Assembly (NCBI RefSeq): GCF_009834535.1
Contig: NC_045697.1
Location: 10,852,001-10,916,000, forward strand
Direction of reading: 5' to 3'
Origin: Camelus ferus
Taxonomy: Eukaryota
DNA length: 64,000 nt
The notes under the pieces were generated by a model. The model was given only the letters and a program-made list of their open reading frames with translations. It searched no databases and was not told the origin of the DNA. The translations under genes were made by a program, and so were the position numbers. Below are positions 24,781 through 38,129 of this stretch, piece by piece (within the stretch, counting starts at the first letter, position 1; every line of letters starts with the position of its first letter).

Positions 24781-25899
24781 ACTTTCCTGGGGGACAAAAA
24801 AGGAATTGAGAATATAATCACATTTACTTTGTAAATGCTGACTCAGGTTTAAGCGTCAGACTTGGAAGACAGGGCAAGGAGGAGGCTGCTGCCTGTGCGT
24901 AGATCACCTCCCTTCTCATCTCCTCAGGCATCTTGTTCTTTGTCTCCTTACGTTATCTCCTCCATCATCAGCCTCCCTTCTCTGTCTCCCTCTCATCAGC
25001 ACCTAAATATTCCCCAGCCTCCGCCATCTTTCTGGCAGCCATCACTCCCTTTCCACTGCAATTTGCCTGAAGACCTGGCCACCTTCTCCCACACCACTTC
25101 TGACTTCCCCAGGGACTCTTCAGCCTTCTGAGGCCACCAGTGTCTTTCATGGGCTAAATCCAATGGATTTTTTTTTCCCAAGCCTTTATATTACTTTCCA
25201 TACTGCAGCAGCACTTAACATGGTTGAAACTTCTTGGCATATTCTTGAAATTCTTTCGTCCCTTTGCTGTTCCTTCTATTTCCTTTTGCCCACTCCTCTT
25301 CCTTTGCTAAAACATAAAAAAAAAAAATATTACTCAGGAGTTTGTGTTCAAGCCATTTTCTTCACTATTTAGAGGATTTAAAAAAATATTTGACTTTCTA
25401 TTATTTACACAGTGAATGCATAAGTCTATCTCTTTAAAACCATCCATAATTTACAAATAGAGCCAAAGTGCCACTTAAATACTACCCTTGGTGCTTCTCT
25501 ATCCTGCACGGGTGACTGGGGTTATTCCCTGATGAGATTCATTGCTAATTATCTTTTCTCAGCCTTTATACATACCCCTATGTACCCAACGAAAATTTCT
25601 ATTTTGATATGTTTAGGTCATGCTAGTAAATATGGATTTATTTTATTATTTATGCTTTTTAAGACTGCAGATTAAACCAGACTCTTCTTCGATACCCACC
25701 TGCCAGCCTGAGGCCCTTCCCTCACTCCGGAGGTCACCACTGTTTTGTCCTAGAAAAAATGGTTTTGGACCTTTACTTATAAATCCACAGTTTATAGTCT
25801 TGTTTTATGGAGTAAAAAAACTTAAGTAAACATATTTTTGAGACTTGTTTTTATAAATAAACAATGTGTCTTGAAACTCTTTCCTTGTTGGTACCGATG

Positions 25900-26392
25900 G
25901 GTCAGCCACACTCTCTTAACATACGAATTACCACAAACACAGTGGTTTAACACAACACACATGTGTTATCTTACAGTTCTAGATGTCAGACTCCAGAATG
26001 GGTTTCAACGGGCTAACATCAAGGTAACCGGCAGGGCTGCGTTCCGTCTGGAGATTACAGGTGAGAATCCGTCTCCTTCTCTTTTCCACCTTCTACCTGC
26101 TGAACTCCTTGGACTGTGGCCTCTTCCTCCACCTGCAAAGCCATCAGTGTAGTATCTCCAAACCTCTCACTGCCTCTAACCTGTCTGCTTTGCCCTTTCA
26201 CATATAAGGACCCTTGTGTTTACATTGGGGCCACCTATACAATCCAGGATAATCTCCCATTTTGAGATCCTCAGTTGCATCACCTACAGAATCCTTTTCC
26301 ATGGCAGGTAGTATGTTCCCCGGTTGCAGGGACAAGGATACCGACATCCCTTGGGGTTAAGGAGGGGTGCGGGTGTCATTCTACTGCCTTCC
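25900..26392 (-). mobile_element. MaLR LTR, MLT1C/D-like
   Basis: aattaccacaaacacagtggtttaacacaacac ... aaggacccttgtgtttacattggggccacctatacaatccaggataatctccc. Confidence 0.8.
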
Positions 26393-27574
26393 CTTGTAGT
26401 CTGGGGCCCCTTCCTTCTTCCGTCTTTGTGCGCTCTCCCTGGTGACCTTCTTCACTCTTATGGTGACAGCACATTTCCACCTCCAATTCCAGCTGCAACT
26501 ATCAGATAATTGGACATCTCTTTGATGTCCCACACGCTCTGGAAACCAAGTTGTTTCTCACCTTTAGGTCTTTGCATGAGTTTTTCCTCTTGGCTTTAAC
26601 ACCCTTGTCTCCTGTCCTCAAGTAACACTATCTTCTTTGTCCTTCAAGACTCAAAGTGCGTGTACCCTTCTCCAGGAAGCTTTTTACATATTAGTGTTCA
26701 TATATTCTAGAGCTACACCTCTTGCAATATCCATTCTGTATTGTAAATGCCTGGGTGTATGTGTCAACTTTCTAGGCTTAATTACTTATTGTAACCCCAG
26801 TGCTTGGACTGAGGCTGGTATACAGTAGACAGTCAAATGTTTGTTGAATAAATATCTAAGGTCAGCAAAAATAGCCAGCATCTACTTTTGAATCTGCCCT
26901 CAAAGATGCAGTTGCCTGTATGTTTCTAACACAAGAATGTCTAACATTTCGCCACTGGTATGTTTTGGGAAGAGGGTATTGCAAGTTTGACTTCATGCCA
27001 GCTCTCTGGGATGCAGGCTTGATTTTGCAACCCTCTCTTTCTGAAGTAAGTTAGGGAGAGGAAAATACAGGGGCTTGCAGGACCTGTGCCTAGAGACAGC
27101 GAGGAACAGCTCGTCTCTCATCCTGCAAGGGAAAGGAGGAGGGGAGAGTGCCAGGACCTTAGCGAGCGTAGCTGCGAGAAAGACATCTGGCAGGAGCTCA
27201 GGGCTCATACTATTCCTCATTGGTGTGTCTGTCCCTGCCTATCTCTTTGCAAATATTCTCTGTATTACCCTCCCCTTAACTTACCCAACTTGAATATGTT
27301 CTCTGTTTCCTGCCAATATGGACAGTGGTCACATCTGACCTGTAACCAGGTCCTCAGTATTTAGAATCATGCCTGCACCCCAGCTCTCAGTTCACATTTA
27401 TAGGATGAGTATTAAATATTCTGTGTTCTGTGATAAAATATTACAAAAGCTGTTCACTTTTGTAATTCATGGAATGTTATAACTGGACCCGATTTTAGAT
27501 GTTTTCAAGCCACGACCCATCATTTTATCTAAGAGGAATTTTAGTGTGGGTTGTGTCAATGCTGAGAGTGTGAA

Positions 27575-27790
27575 ACAGTGGGTTGATGAAAGACTTTGGG
27601 GTCACACAGGCTTGGGTTTGGATCCTGGAGCCACCTTTTAGTGGCTTGGTGTCTTGGGCGCACTCAGTTTTGTCAACTGCAAAATGAAGACAATATTAAC
27701 TATGCCACTGAGTTGTTGAGAAGATTAGATGAGTTGATGCATCTGAATTCCCTGGGATTGAATGTGGCACTTGGCACTGGTGGACAGTCA
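27575..27790 (+). mobile_element. MIR SINE
   Basis: agactttggggtcacacaggcttgggtttggatcctgg ... ctcagttttgtcaactgcaaaatga. Confidence 0.7.
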
Positions 27791-28884
27791 TTATTACGAA
27801 CCTGGTCCAGGGTGTGTGTTGTACTCCACCATTTGGCCAGCCAAACCGAGGAGAACAGGAGCTAGAAAGGCCTTGATGTGGCCCAGCTTCTGATGCGGAC
27901 CTCCTTGCTGTTGGACTGTGCCGGGAGGTCAAGGAGCTTGTGCTGTTGGTTCTGAGTCTTGTTCTTTTCTAGACTCTGATTTGACATCTGTGGCTTTTCC
28001 TCTTTCATCTTGTCTTTACATTTGTCTTTGTAACTGTGAAACTCTTCAGTCAAACTCATCTCACAAAGGACAGAAAGGGAGGAAAGAAATGTGGTTCAAG
28101 GGAGCTTGATTTGTTCCCTGAACCTTTTAACCTAATTCCAGGTCTCTTGTGAGGGTTCTTCCCAGGGTTGTTCTCCATGAAACAAACGCCCTATTTAGTG
28201 AAGCCTGCAGCAAGCTCTCACGTTCAAGGATAGAGTTTGGGCCTGCAGTCCTTATCCAGCAAATCTCTTGATAAAGCAAACATTTCCTGAAGACCTATTT
28301 CCTTCCCAAGTATTTTGGAGCTTGCAAACTCAGATATAATGAATGGCACCATTAGAGTGAACAATCACTCAACAGCACAAGTTATTTTGATGGGCCTATC
28401 ACTTGAAACTAAACTTCCACCATCTGTTCTACCCTTTAACTGCAAATGCAAAAAGAGCACCATTCCCAGTGGCGTCATAAAAAGTTAGATATAAGTGATT
28501 TAAATGCATGCTTTGGTTCTGTGTTCAGTGTAATACAGATCTGAAGGAAGGCTCATACTGGATTTATTTTTTTATGGCAAAATCAAAATTCAGAGTAGGA
28601 GAGTTTTTTTGTTCACAAAAAAGGTGGCTTTTTAGTTGGCATGGAAAATATTCCACCATGTTATTCATTCATTCATTCATTCGGTCTTTTTTTCCCACGA
28701 GTACTAAAGGGATGCCACCATGCGCCTGGCAGTGTGTTAGATGCTGGGGATACAGAGGTTAACAGTGACAATTGCAAGACCCCTGGCACCTCCAAAGGAA
28801 AATAAAACAGAGCTTTCTATATAAATAAACATAAAAGTAATGTAAAAACTCAAACATAAATTTTGTGATCTGCTTCAGAATAGT

Positions 28885-29125
28885 AATGTGATGAAGGAGG
28901 AAGGAGTTTGAAGTTAGCCAGATCTTGGTTTTAAATTCCCAACTCCTCCACAATGTGACCTCTCACAGTCTATGTCCTTATTTGACATTTATTTCCTATC
29001 TGACTCTGTTTCCTCATCTGGAAAATGGGAACAATGTCTTCCTCGTGAGTCTGCTGTGACAGAATGAGTTACGTATGCAAAACTGGTCTTCCAAGGAGTG
29101 GCTCATAGTGGGTGCTCTATGTTAA
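28885..29125 (+). mobile_element. MIR SINE
   Basis: ctctgtttcctcatctggaaaatgggaacaat. Confidence 0.65.
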
Positions 29126-30179
29126 TTCTCCTTCTAATTTCCACCCTGTGTTTTTTCTAGATTTTGGAAAATCACTTTTTAGACATAAAATGAGAGACTC
29201 ATGGAACACTAGAATAGGAAAGGGTATAAGAAGTATTCTGCTTTGCATTCAATGTTCCTTATTTTATAGGCAACTTAACTCAGCCCTGGAGAGAACCAGT
29301 AACTAGCTCATAGGCACGCAGTTTGCAGTGATCTTAGAACATTCCATTGTGCATCTATTGATAAAAAATTGAGCACACACTCCCAGTATGCGTATATTTG
29401 AATTCATATACATGGACTATGATATTGACATATTATACACATTATGAGAAAATATATATAATAGAAATGAAGAATGAAGTAATGATGAGGTAAATAATAT
29501 TTATCGGTTCACTAGTTGTGACAGCTTTACACTACACCTAAGGCGTGAATACTAGTCTCTCAGGGCACATTATCTACTTAGGTGAAGTTCATTATTACTA
29601 TGAATTTTTAATTCCCCAGTTTAACACTTTAAAAAAAATTTTGAGGGCTTTTGACTAACTTCATTGTTTCTATCTTGTGATGGGGGAAGAATCAACTCTG
29701 TGATTTTCTAGTTTTTCTCTTCTACTCATACTATGCTCAATCTGCAATGTCTTTGCAGGAATATTTTTAGCCATTTCTCCATTTTATTATGATTAGTTTG
29801 GTTAAAACTCAACAATAAAATGCCCAAATCCACTTCCTCAGGTACATGTTAATATGCTGACAGGGAATGGGTGTGCCAGGAAGCTGCTGTTGTCTCCCGT
29901 CCATCACGAAACTTGTCCTTGAGGGTCTTCTCTGGACATTATGTGGCGTGTGGCCCTCTGACCTAAGAACCAAAGAAGGATGAGTGTTTCAATCTGTGTA
30001 TCAAACACCAGTAAATGAACAATGAAATAATTGCCCTAATACCTTCTTCCTGTCCCCCAGTGGTAAACTTGCTCATTTCACTTTGGAAGTCATTAAATTC
30101 ATGGAAGAGGAAGGATTAGATTCTGAGTCTACTGATTTCCTAATGATTTTCTTTTACAAAATACAAAGGAGCAAATAAA

Positions 30180-32200
30180 ATTTTTATTTTATTATAGTGT
30201 AGCATATGTTCATCAAAGCGTACGTGCCGCAAGTGTGCACTTTGCTGAATTTTCCCACAGGGAATCCACATGACCAACGTGAAGATCAAGAACAAGACCT
30301 TCCCAGCACCCCAGGGTGCCCTAGGGCTTCCTCCTGTTCCCAAGTAACTCTTATTGTGCGTTCTAACTCCATGAATTAATTTTGTTTTAAATTTTAGCTA
30401 TGGAGAATTATACAATATTAATTATTTTAAGACTGAATGTCTTCTGTTTGACATCATCTTTGTGAGATTTATCTGTGTTGGTTGGTGTAACAGTAGTTTG
30501 TCCACCTTCTTTGCTATGCAGTCTTCACTGTATATATTATCATTTACTTATCATTCTGAAGTTGATGGATATTTGAGTTGTTTCCAGTGTATGCTTGGAT
30601 GATGCTCCAATGAGCACTCTTGTACATTTGGTGTGCATATGCCTGCATTTCTATTAGTTACACATTTAGAAGATGCATGAAGCAGTGGGATTGCTGAGTC
30701 ACAGAGTAGACATATGCTGACCCTTAGTAGCTAGAGTATATATATACACACACTATTATTTCAATAATGCTATGTAATTAGCCTCATCAAAATGAACAAC
30801 ATACATCAATAAGCATTTATCCCTCATACATCTGTGCATTGGCTGGGATGCTGCTGATCTAAGCTGGACTCAGTTGGACTTGACTTCAAGCTGGACACTG
30901 GGTTCAAATCTACTCCATGTGTCTCCCATCCTTCTTGGACCAGATGGCTCCTTGAGGCACATTCTTCTTAAGGCTCAACCAACCTTCTTCTCAAGGTTGG
31001 AACCAAGATGGTATGCCTAACTGCAAAAGTACATTTCAAGTCTCTTCTTACATAATGTCCACTAGCATCCCATTGGATAATGCAAGTCACATGGCCAAAC
31101 CCAAGGGATGGGGGAAATTCACTCCACCCATCATGAGGTCTTTGTTTGCATGTGGCTATATAATTTTATGATATAGAAATGAAGAATTTGAACCCATAAT
31201 TCAATGGACTGTATAATCTTCCACAGGGTACCAATCCAACATACACTGCAAGCAATGATTTTTGAAAGTTCCCATTACTCCACATCCTCAACATTTGATA
31301 CATTTTCAGTCTTTTTAATAGTAGTCATTCAATGTCATGGTTTCAATTTATATCTCCCTAATGGTTAATGAGGTTGAGTACCTTTTCATGTGTTTATTGG
31401 CTTTTTCTAAAGTGCTTGCTCAAGTCGTTTACCCATTAAAATGTTTAGATGGCCAGCCTTTTTCTTATTGATTCTTAAGATATACTTTGAAATGAGTCTT
31501 TTGTTGGTTATCTTTTTCTAGTCTGTATTTTATCTTTTCATTCTCTTAATTGGGTCTTTGTATGAACAAATACTTTTAATTTGAATACAGTCCAATTTAT
31601 CAATCTTTCTCTTTATAGTTAATGCCTTGTATGTCCCACTTAAGAAACCTTTGCCTACCCTGAGTTCATGAAGACATTCTCCTGTGTTTTCTATTAAAAG
31701 CTTTATTGTTCTCCTTTTCATATTTAGAACTACAATCTATCTGAAATTGATTTTTATGTATTTTGTGATGTAACAGTTCAGATTCATTTGGATATCTAAT
31801 TGACCCATACTATTTATTGAAAGACTGTCTTTTCCCTCTGCCTTGCCAGTCTCTTATTAAGTACCCATTATGCACTGTGCATTGCTGGATTCTATTCCAT
31901 TCCATTGGCCTATTTGTCTACATAATGTCAATTCTCTGCTCTCTTAATTACTATAGCTTCTTAATATATCTTCATATCTGACATCATAAATCCTCCAGCT
32001 TTGTTCTTCTTCAAGATCGCTTTGACTTTTCTTGACCTTATTTTTCCATTAAAAATTTTTAAACCAGCTTGTCAATTTTTATAGCAATCCCCCTTGGATA
32101 TTGATTAAAATGACAATGATTAACCTTTGGAGAATTAATCGTTACATTTTCTGATCTGTGAACATATTATATTCCTCCATTTTTTAGGTCTTTAAAATAC
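30180..32200 (-). mobile_element. Ancient L1 (L1ME-like) 3' UTR and ORF2 C-terminus
   Basis: ORF 31530-31721 (-) KLLIENTGECLHELRVGKGFL..KIDKLDCIQIKSIC matches the L1 ORF2 C-terminal region. Confidence 0.75.
30755..31224 (-). mobile_element. Old MaLR LTR (MLT1I/J-like) nested in L1
   Basis: ggttcaaatctactccatgtgtctc ... tccactagcatcccattggataatgcaagtcacatggccaaaccc. Confidence 0.65.
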
Positions 32201-32589
32201 TTTACCCAGTAGATATTTTGCAATCTGGATTAGCTGAATATTTCCCAAATTATCAAGTTCTGGTTCCTTTTTACTTAAAAGTTCTCCAAACTATCTCTTT
32301 CCTCTATTATTCCTTGTACTAGAGAAGCAAGAAGAAACTAGACCTTACTTCAACATTTTGGTTGAAATCTCCTCAGCTAAATATCCAAGTCCTTTGTTTA
32401 TGAGTTTTTCTTTATATATAACTGCAGCATACAATTTAGCCACCCTTTCAACGACTATATAAAAAGGACCCCCTTTTTCTGGTTTCCAGTAATTGATTCC
32501 TCATTTCTGCCTGTCCCTCAATGGCAGTACCTTTAACATCATATTTCTACCAATAGTCTGTTCATAATGATTTAGGTATTCTTTATTAT

Positions 32590-33106
32590 TGTAACTGAGT
32601 CCAAATTCGTTCTGCTCGCTGCATGGTAGGGCAATAAATTGGGAGAAGAGGTGCTGGGGCAAGGAATAATGACTTTACTCAGAAAGCCAGCAGACTGAGA
32701 AGATGGCAAACTGATGTCCTGGAGAACTATCTTCCCCAAATCAGAATTCAGGCTCCTTTTGTACTAAAAAAGGGAGGGAGTGTAGTTAGTTGTTGCAAAC
32801 TTCTTAGTGTGGGAATCCTTGGTTCTTGACACTGTCCACATAAGTCAGGTCATGACGTCCCTGTAGACCTCCAACAAATATTCTCTGTTCTGCAACTTTT
32901 TATGTCTATACGAATGGGAAGTGTTACACCCCTAAAGGTCAGAGCCTGGAGAATGCGCTATCCTGTATATTTCAGGTTCTAGGCAACATTCTTTTACAAA
33001 AGGTGCAGAACCAGCATGAATAAGCCCAGGAAATAGAGCACAGGGTAAAATCCAAAAGAACAGATCTAACAGATCTAAAAGAACAGATTTGTTCTTTTCT
33101 ATTACA
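32590..33106 (-). mobile_element. ERV1 solo LTR (LTR39-like) inserted in the MaLR internal region
   Basis: TG...CA termini (tgtaactgagtccaa ... ctattaca) with 4-bp flanks TTAT / TGAT. Confidence 0.7.
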
Positions 33107-33500
33107 TGATTTTGTACATTTTCTTTACCATGATCCTTACTGCCTCCTGAGTCTTCACTAGCAGAGTCATTAACATCAATATTTCTATTTTCAAGGCAAC
33201 CCAGGCTTTTCCTATCATGCTCATCAAAAAGTTTCCAGCCTTTTCTCACCCAATTCTAAAGCCACTCTCACACTTTCAAATTTTGTTTCAATAGCACCAT
33301 ACTTCCAGATACCAAAATGTAAGTTAGTTTCCTATTGCTGCTGTAACAGCAACAATCTGCAACAAATTCAGTGGCTTAACACAACATAGATCTATTATTT
33401 TATAGTTACGGAGATTCCAAGTTTGAAATGGATCTCCTTGAGCTACCATCACAGCATTGGCAGGGCTCTGTTCCTTCTGAGTACTTGGAGGGAGAATCCA

Positions 33501-33688
33501 TTTTCTTCCTTTCTTCCTTTCTTTTTTCTTCCTTCCTTCCTTCCTTCCTTCCTTCCTTCCTTCCTTTCCTTCCTTTCCTTTCCTTTCTTTTCTTTCTTTC
33601 CTTTCTTTCTTCTTTCTTTCGTTCTTTCTTCTTTCTTTCTTTTCTTTCCTTTCTTCTTTCTTTCTTTCTGTCTCTTTCTTTCTCTCTT

Positions 33689-33719
<31 letters not shown>

Positions 33720-33758
33720 CTCTCTTTCTTTCTCTCTTTCTCTCTTTCTTTCTTTTTT
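33501..33758. repeat. Compound (TTCC)n/(TTTC)n/(TC)n polypyrimidine microsatellite
   Basis: About 255 bp that are almost purely C/T, read directly. Confidence 0.95.
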
Positions 33759-34793
33759 AACATTTTTTATTGATTTATAATCATTTTACAATGTTGTGTC
33801 AAATTCCAGTGTAGAGCACAATTTTTCAGTTATACATGAACATATATATATTCATCGTCACATTTTTTTCTCTGTGAGCTACCATAAGATCTTGTATATA
33901 TTTCCCTGTGCTATACTGTATAATCTTGTTTATCTATTCTACAATTTTGAAATCCCAGTCTATCTCTTCCCACCCGCCACCCCCTTGGCAACCACAAATT
34001 TATATTCTATGTCTTTGAGTCTATTTCTGTTTTGTATTTATGCTTTGTTTTTGTTTTTGTTTTTATTTTTTAGATTCCACATATGAGCGATCTCATATGG
34101 TATTTTTCTTTCTCTTTCTGGCTTACTTCGCTTAGAATGACATTCTCCAGGAGCATCCATGTTGCTGCAAATGGCATTATGTTGTCAGTTTTTATGGCTG
34201 AGTAATATTCCATTGTATAAATATACCATTTCTTTTTTATCCAGTCATCTGTTGATGGACATTTAGGCTATTTCCATGCCTTGGCTATTGTAAATAATGC
34301 TGCTATGAACATTGGGGTGCAGGTGTCATCCTGAAGTAGGATTCCTTCTGGATATATGCCCAGGGGCGGGATTCCTGGGTCATAAAGTAAGTCTATTCCT
34401 AGTCTTTTGAGGAATCTCCATATTGTTTTCCACAGTGGCTGCACCATACCAAACTGCATTCCCACCAGCAGTGTAGGAGGGTTCCCTTTTCTCCACAGCC
34501 TCTCCAGGTTTGTCATTTGTGGACTTTTGAATGATGGCCATTCTGACTGGTGTGAGGTGTTACCTCATTGTGGTTCTGATTTGCATTTCTCTGATAATTA
34601 GTGATATTGAGCATTTTTTCATGTGCCTATTCATCATTTGTATATCTTCCTTGGAGAATTGCTTGTTTAGGTCTTCTGCCCACTTTTGGATTGGGTTGTT
34701 TATTTTTTTCTTATTGAGTCATATGTGCTGCTTACATATTCTGGAGATCAAGGCTTTGTCGGTTTCATTTGAAAAATTTTTTCCCATTCCATA
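33508..34793 (-). mobile_element. Young 5'-truncated L1 (camelid-type) with microsatellite tail
   Basis: ORF2 C-terminus in ORF 34268-34516 (VQPLWKTIWRFLKRLGIDLLYDPGIPPLGIYP..CTPMFIAALFTIAKAWK). Perfect 15-bp TSD agaatccattttctt at 33493-33507 and 34794-34808. Confidence 0.92.
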
Positions 34794-35634
34794 AGAATCC
34801 ATTTTCTTGCCTTTTCCATTTTCTAGTGGTTCTCACATTGTTTGTTTCTTGGCTTCTTTCCTCCATCTTCAAAGCCCACAATGGCCAAGTCTTTCTCATA
34901 TTACATCACTGTGACTCTTGCCTCCCTCTTCTAGATTTAAGGACCCTTATGATATAAACTAGGATAATCTCTTTAAGGACAACTGATTAGCAATCTTAAT
35001 TTCCCCTTATCATGTACTATAACACATTCCAAGGAATTAAGTTTCTGGGGATTGAGGCATGTACATCTTTGTAAGGGCCACTGTTCTGTCTACCCCATAT
35101 TTGCTATAGGCTTCTTTGAATATCTTTTAACAAATAGATTTTTATGAATATTTTTAAATTAGGAAAGTATCTCTGAAATTTCATGGGACACAGTTGCATA
35201 TCTATTTACTCGTTCATTTGTTTTGGGCACTCTGGTAAGAGTTATCAAAATAGAAACTCTCTGAGAGGAGTAGAGTCTTGTGGTTAAATTCACGGAGTCC
35301 AGAGCTTAACTGTCTGGGCTTGAATCCAGTACCTTGGCAGAAACACTATTTATGAGCACTCTGATTTGGGGATAATTATATATCCCTTCACTCCTCAGTT
35401 TCCTTATTTTAACAAGGGCTTATAATAGTTTCTGACAGTATATTAAATAACACATAAATGTTTGCTCGTATCATAATTTTTGTTTTCTGTCCTCAAGGAA
35501 CTCATGGCTTGGTTGTGGATTCAGACAAGTAAACAAGCATGATTATTTCCATGATTGAGGCGAGTTTCAGATACAATGAGGCTTAATTAACTCTGGTTAC
35601 AATGTAAATTCAATTTGTCTGGAAATAAACGAAT

Positions 35635-36055
35635 CATTTTCTCCTCCTCTTCTCTAATCTGCCTTTCTCCTGTGATGCCTCCGGGACTGGTACCATGGTT
35701 CTCTATCTGTTCATGCTTCAAATCTAAGCGCAATCCTGCTCTTCTCCTTCCCTCATCCCTCGCATCGAATTGGTGATCCAGTCCTGTCAATTCTATCTCT
35801 TTAACATTTAACTTCCATCTTTACTTCTTACCATTTCTCTTTCTCTCTCCTCTTTCAGACTTTCATCACCATTAACTTTGACTTTTTTAACAGCCGACCT
35901 CTTGGGCTCCTCTTTCATCTCACTTATTTATTCTATTCTTCACAAAGCTTCTAGGGTGATATTTCTATAACACAAAATTGACCACCCCCCTTCTACCCTC
36001 TATTCAAAACATTTTTGTCCCCAGGATAAAATCTGAAAACTTGAGCATGACATAT
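35635..36055 (+). mobile_element. L2 LINE fragment
   Basis: catcgaattggtgatccagtcctgtcaattctatctc ... ccccaggataaaatctgaaaacttgagcatgacat. Confidence 0.6.
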
Positions 36056-36059
36056 GCAT

Positions 36060-36606
36060 CACTTAGCATGTTTTTGTCCACAGCAACATAAACTCTAACA
36101 AATATGTGAGTAATAAGTCCGTAGTAAACATACAGAGGCTTACTTTTCTCTCATGATAAAAAATCTGCAAACAGGTGATACCTGGTATCAATTCAAAGGC
36201 TCAGTATTGCCATCAAGGACCCAGGGTCTTTCTATCTATCTACTCTGCCATCTTTAGCATTTTGGCTTTTAAGTCTCCTGCATGTCACTTCATGGTTATT
36301 AGATGCCTGCTGCAGCTCCAGGCATCACATCTATGTTCAAGACAGGAGGAAGGAGAAGGGACAAGAGACTCCTCTTTATATCTTATTGGCTAGAACTGGA
36401 TTGCACGTCTACTTCTTGACCAATCACTGGAGAAAGGGAATGGTATTACCTGATTGGCTTAGAACAGTCATGATTTGTCCTCTGGGCTGAGAAGGGGAAT
36501 GCCTTCCCTGAGATAAAGAACTCTTTGTATATTACCTGAATCAAAGTTCTATTAGCAGGAAAAGAAGTGGCAACTGATGGTAAACAATGGGCAGTATCTG
36601 CTATAG
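36060..36606 (-). mobile_element. Old MaLR LTR (MLT1K/L-like)
   Basis: tcacttcatggttattagatgcctgctgcagctccaggcatcacatc ... tcttattggctagaactgg. Confidence 0.6.
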
Positions 36607-37175
36607 CATCTACCCCTGATCTGGCCTGAGAGCCTGGTACAGAGTTGCTTTTTGACCATATTCAGCTGTCAGGGAAGTTTCACAGTGGACAGGATGCCTG
36701 AGCCAGGTCTTGAAGGATGAATCGGGTTGAGGAGAGAGGTCATGAAGAAGGCTATCACGCAAGAAGGAATAGCTTATATTTCTTAAATGGCCTTCCTTTA
36801 GGTGTTTCCTTAAAAGACTTTTCCTTATCTGATCCCCATGCCAACTTAGGTCACCCTGCTACATGACTACTTTCCTAATCACAACCTGTATCCCTTCTCC
36901 CCTCCCAGCATCCTCCCCACAATCCAATCTCAGCAAAGGGAACCCCCACTCATTCACGAGGTTGCTCAAGTTGAAAACAGTGCTCATTTAGACTTCCTTT
37001 CTGTCCCAAATGTCCTGTCCTGGCAGCACATCTTCTCAACTCCAGCTCCAAGGTACGTCCTCATTACCTCTTTCATATTGATTATGGTCTTGCTAGTCTG
37101 CTCTGATGGCATTTCTCTCTTGCACTTCTGTCATCACCTTCCAACTGGCCTCTCTTCTTCTCTTCCTTCTCTTCC

Positions 37176-37485
37176 TGCCCATTCCAGCTGCTATAACTAA
37201 AATGCCATAGACTGGGGGCCTGATACGCAACAGAAATTTATTTTTTCAGAGTTCTGGAAGCTGGAAAGTCCAAGATCCAGGTGCCAGTAGATTTGGCATC
37301 TGGTGAGGTCTCACTTTCTGGAAATAGATGATTTGCTTTTTCCTAGATCCTCACATGGCAGAAGGGGCAAGAGAACTCCTGGGGGTCTTTCATAAGGACA
37401 CTCATCTTATCCATGGGCTCCACCTCCTAACACATCATGTTGGGGGTTAGGTCAACATGTGAATTTTGAGGGCACACATATAGCA
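37176..37485 (-). mobile_element. MaLR LTR, MLT1A-like
   Basis: gctgctataactaaaatgccatagactggg ... aagtccaagatccaggtgccag, homologous to 8-362. Confidence 0.8.
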
Positions 37486-37773
37486 CTCCTCATTCTATTC
37501 TTCATCCAACTGCCAAAGTAACATTAAAAAAAAAATCAAACCTAAAACACCCACTTAAAATCTCCCATGATATTTAAAACAAAAACCCTTACCTTGGTTT
37601 CTAAACCCTTGTGCGTTCTGGCCCCTGTACACCTCTCAGAGCCTTTCTCCTATCCCTTGCTTGCAATACTCCGAATCTCTTTGCCTTCTTGTTATTCCTA
37701 TGCTGTATCCTCTGTCAGAAACACTGTGCAGTGTCTCACAGGACAGGGTCCTTCTGAAATATCACATCTTTTC

Positions 37774-38129
37774 TGTTGACCTAAAACAAATAGGCTGTCA
37801 TATATTTGTTTTAGGTCAACAGAGCTCTCCAGCAATGATGGGTTTACTCAAGATCAGCAGAGAATTGCAGTTCAGGATCTGCATTGACAGTGGGCCACAT
37901 GCAAGTCCCTGCAGGGCAAGGGAAGGAGGACTCTTTTATAAAGAGGAAAAAGAAGTGGGGAGGGCTAGAGTAAGCAAAGAGTCGTGGGTTTTCACTGGCT
38001 GAGTCCTAATAGGAAAGAAGTCTTTCCTTTTCCTGTTGGGCTCTATCCTCACAAACAGGGCGTGAGAGCTTCCTCTTCTAGTCTCCCAATGCAATTTAAC
38101 TGTGATTTCTGTCTATTAATTTTTTTACA
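37774..38129 (-). mobile_element. Probable ERV1-class LTR
   Basis: Termini tgttgacctaaaa... and ...ttttttttaca resemble reverse ERV1 LTR ends. No TSD found. Confidence 0.45.

Larger units (their letters stand above)
32215..35097 (-). mobile_element. MaLR partial provirus: internal 5' portion (32215-33317) plus MLT1C/D-like LTR (33318-35097), interrupted twice
   Basis: The internal/LTR junction reads ...acttccagataccaaaa|tgtaagttagtttcctattgctgctgtaac. The LTR resumes at 34809 after the L1 insertion. Confidence 0.7.

Noticed and set aside
33423..33773. Long F/L/S-rich and K/E/R-rich ORFs
   Set aside because: They are translations of the (TTTC)n/(TTCC)n microsatellite.
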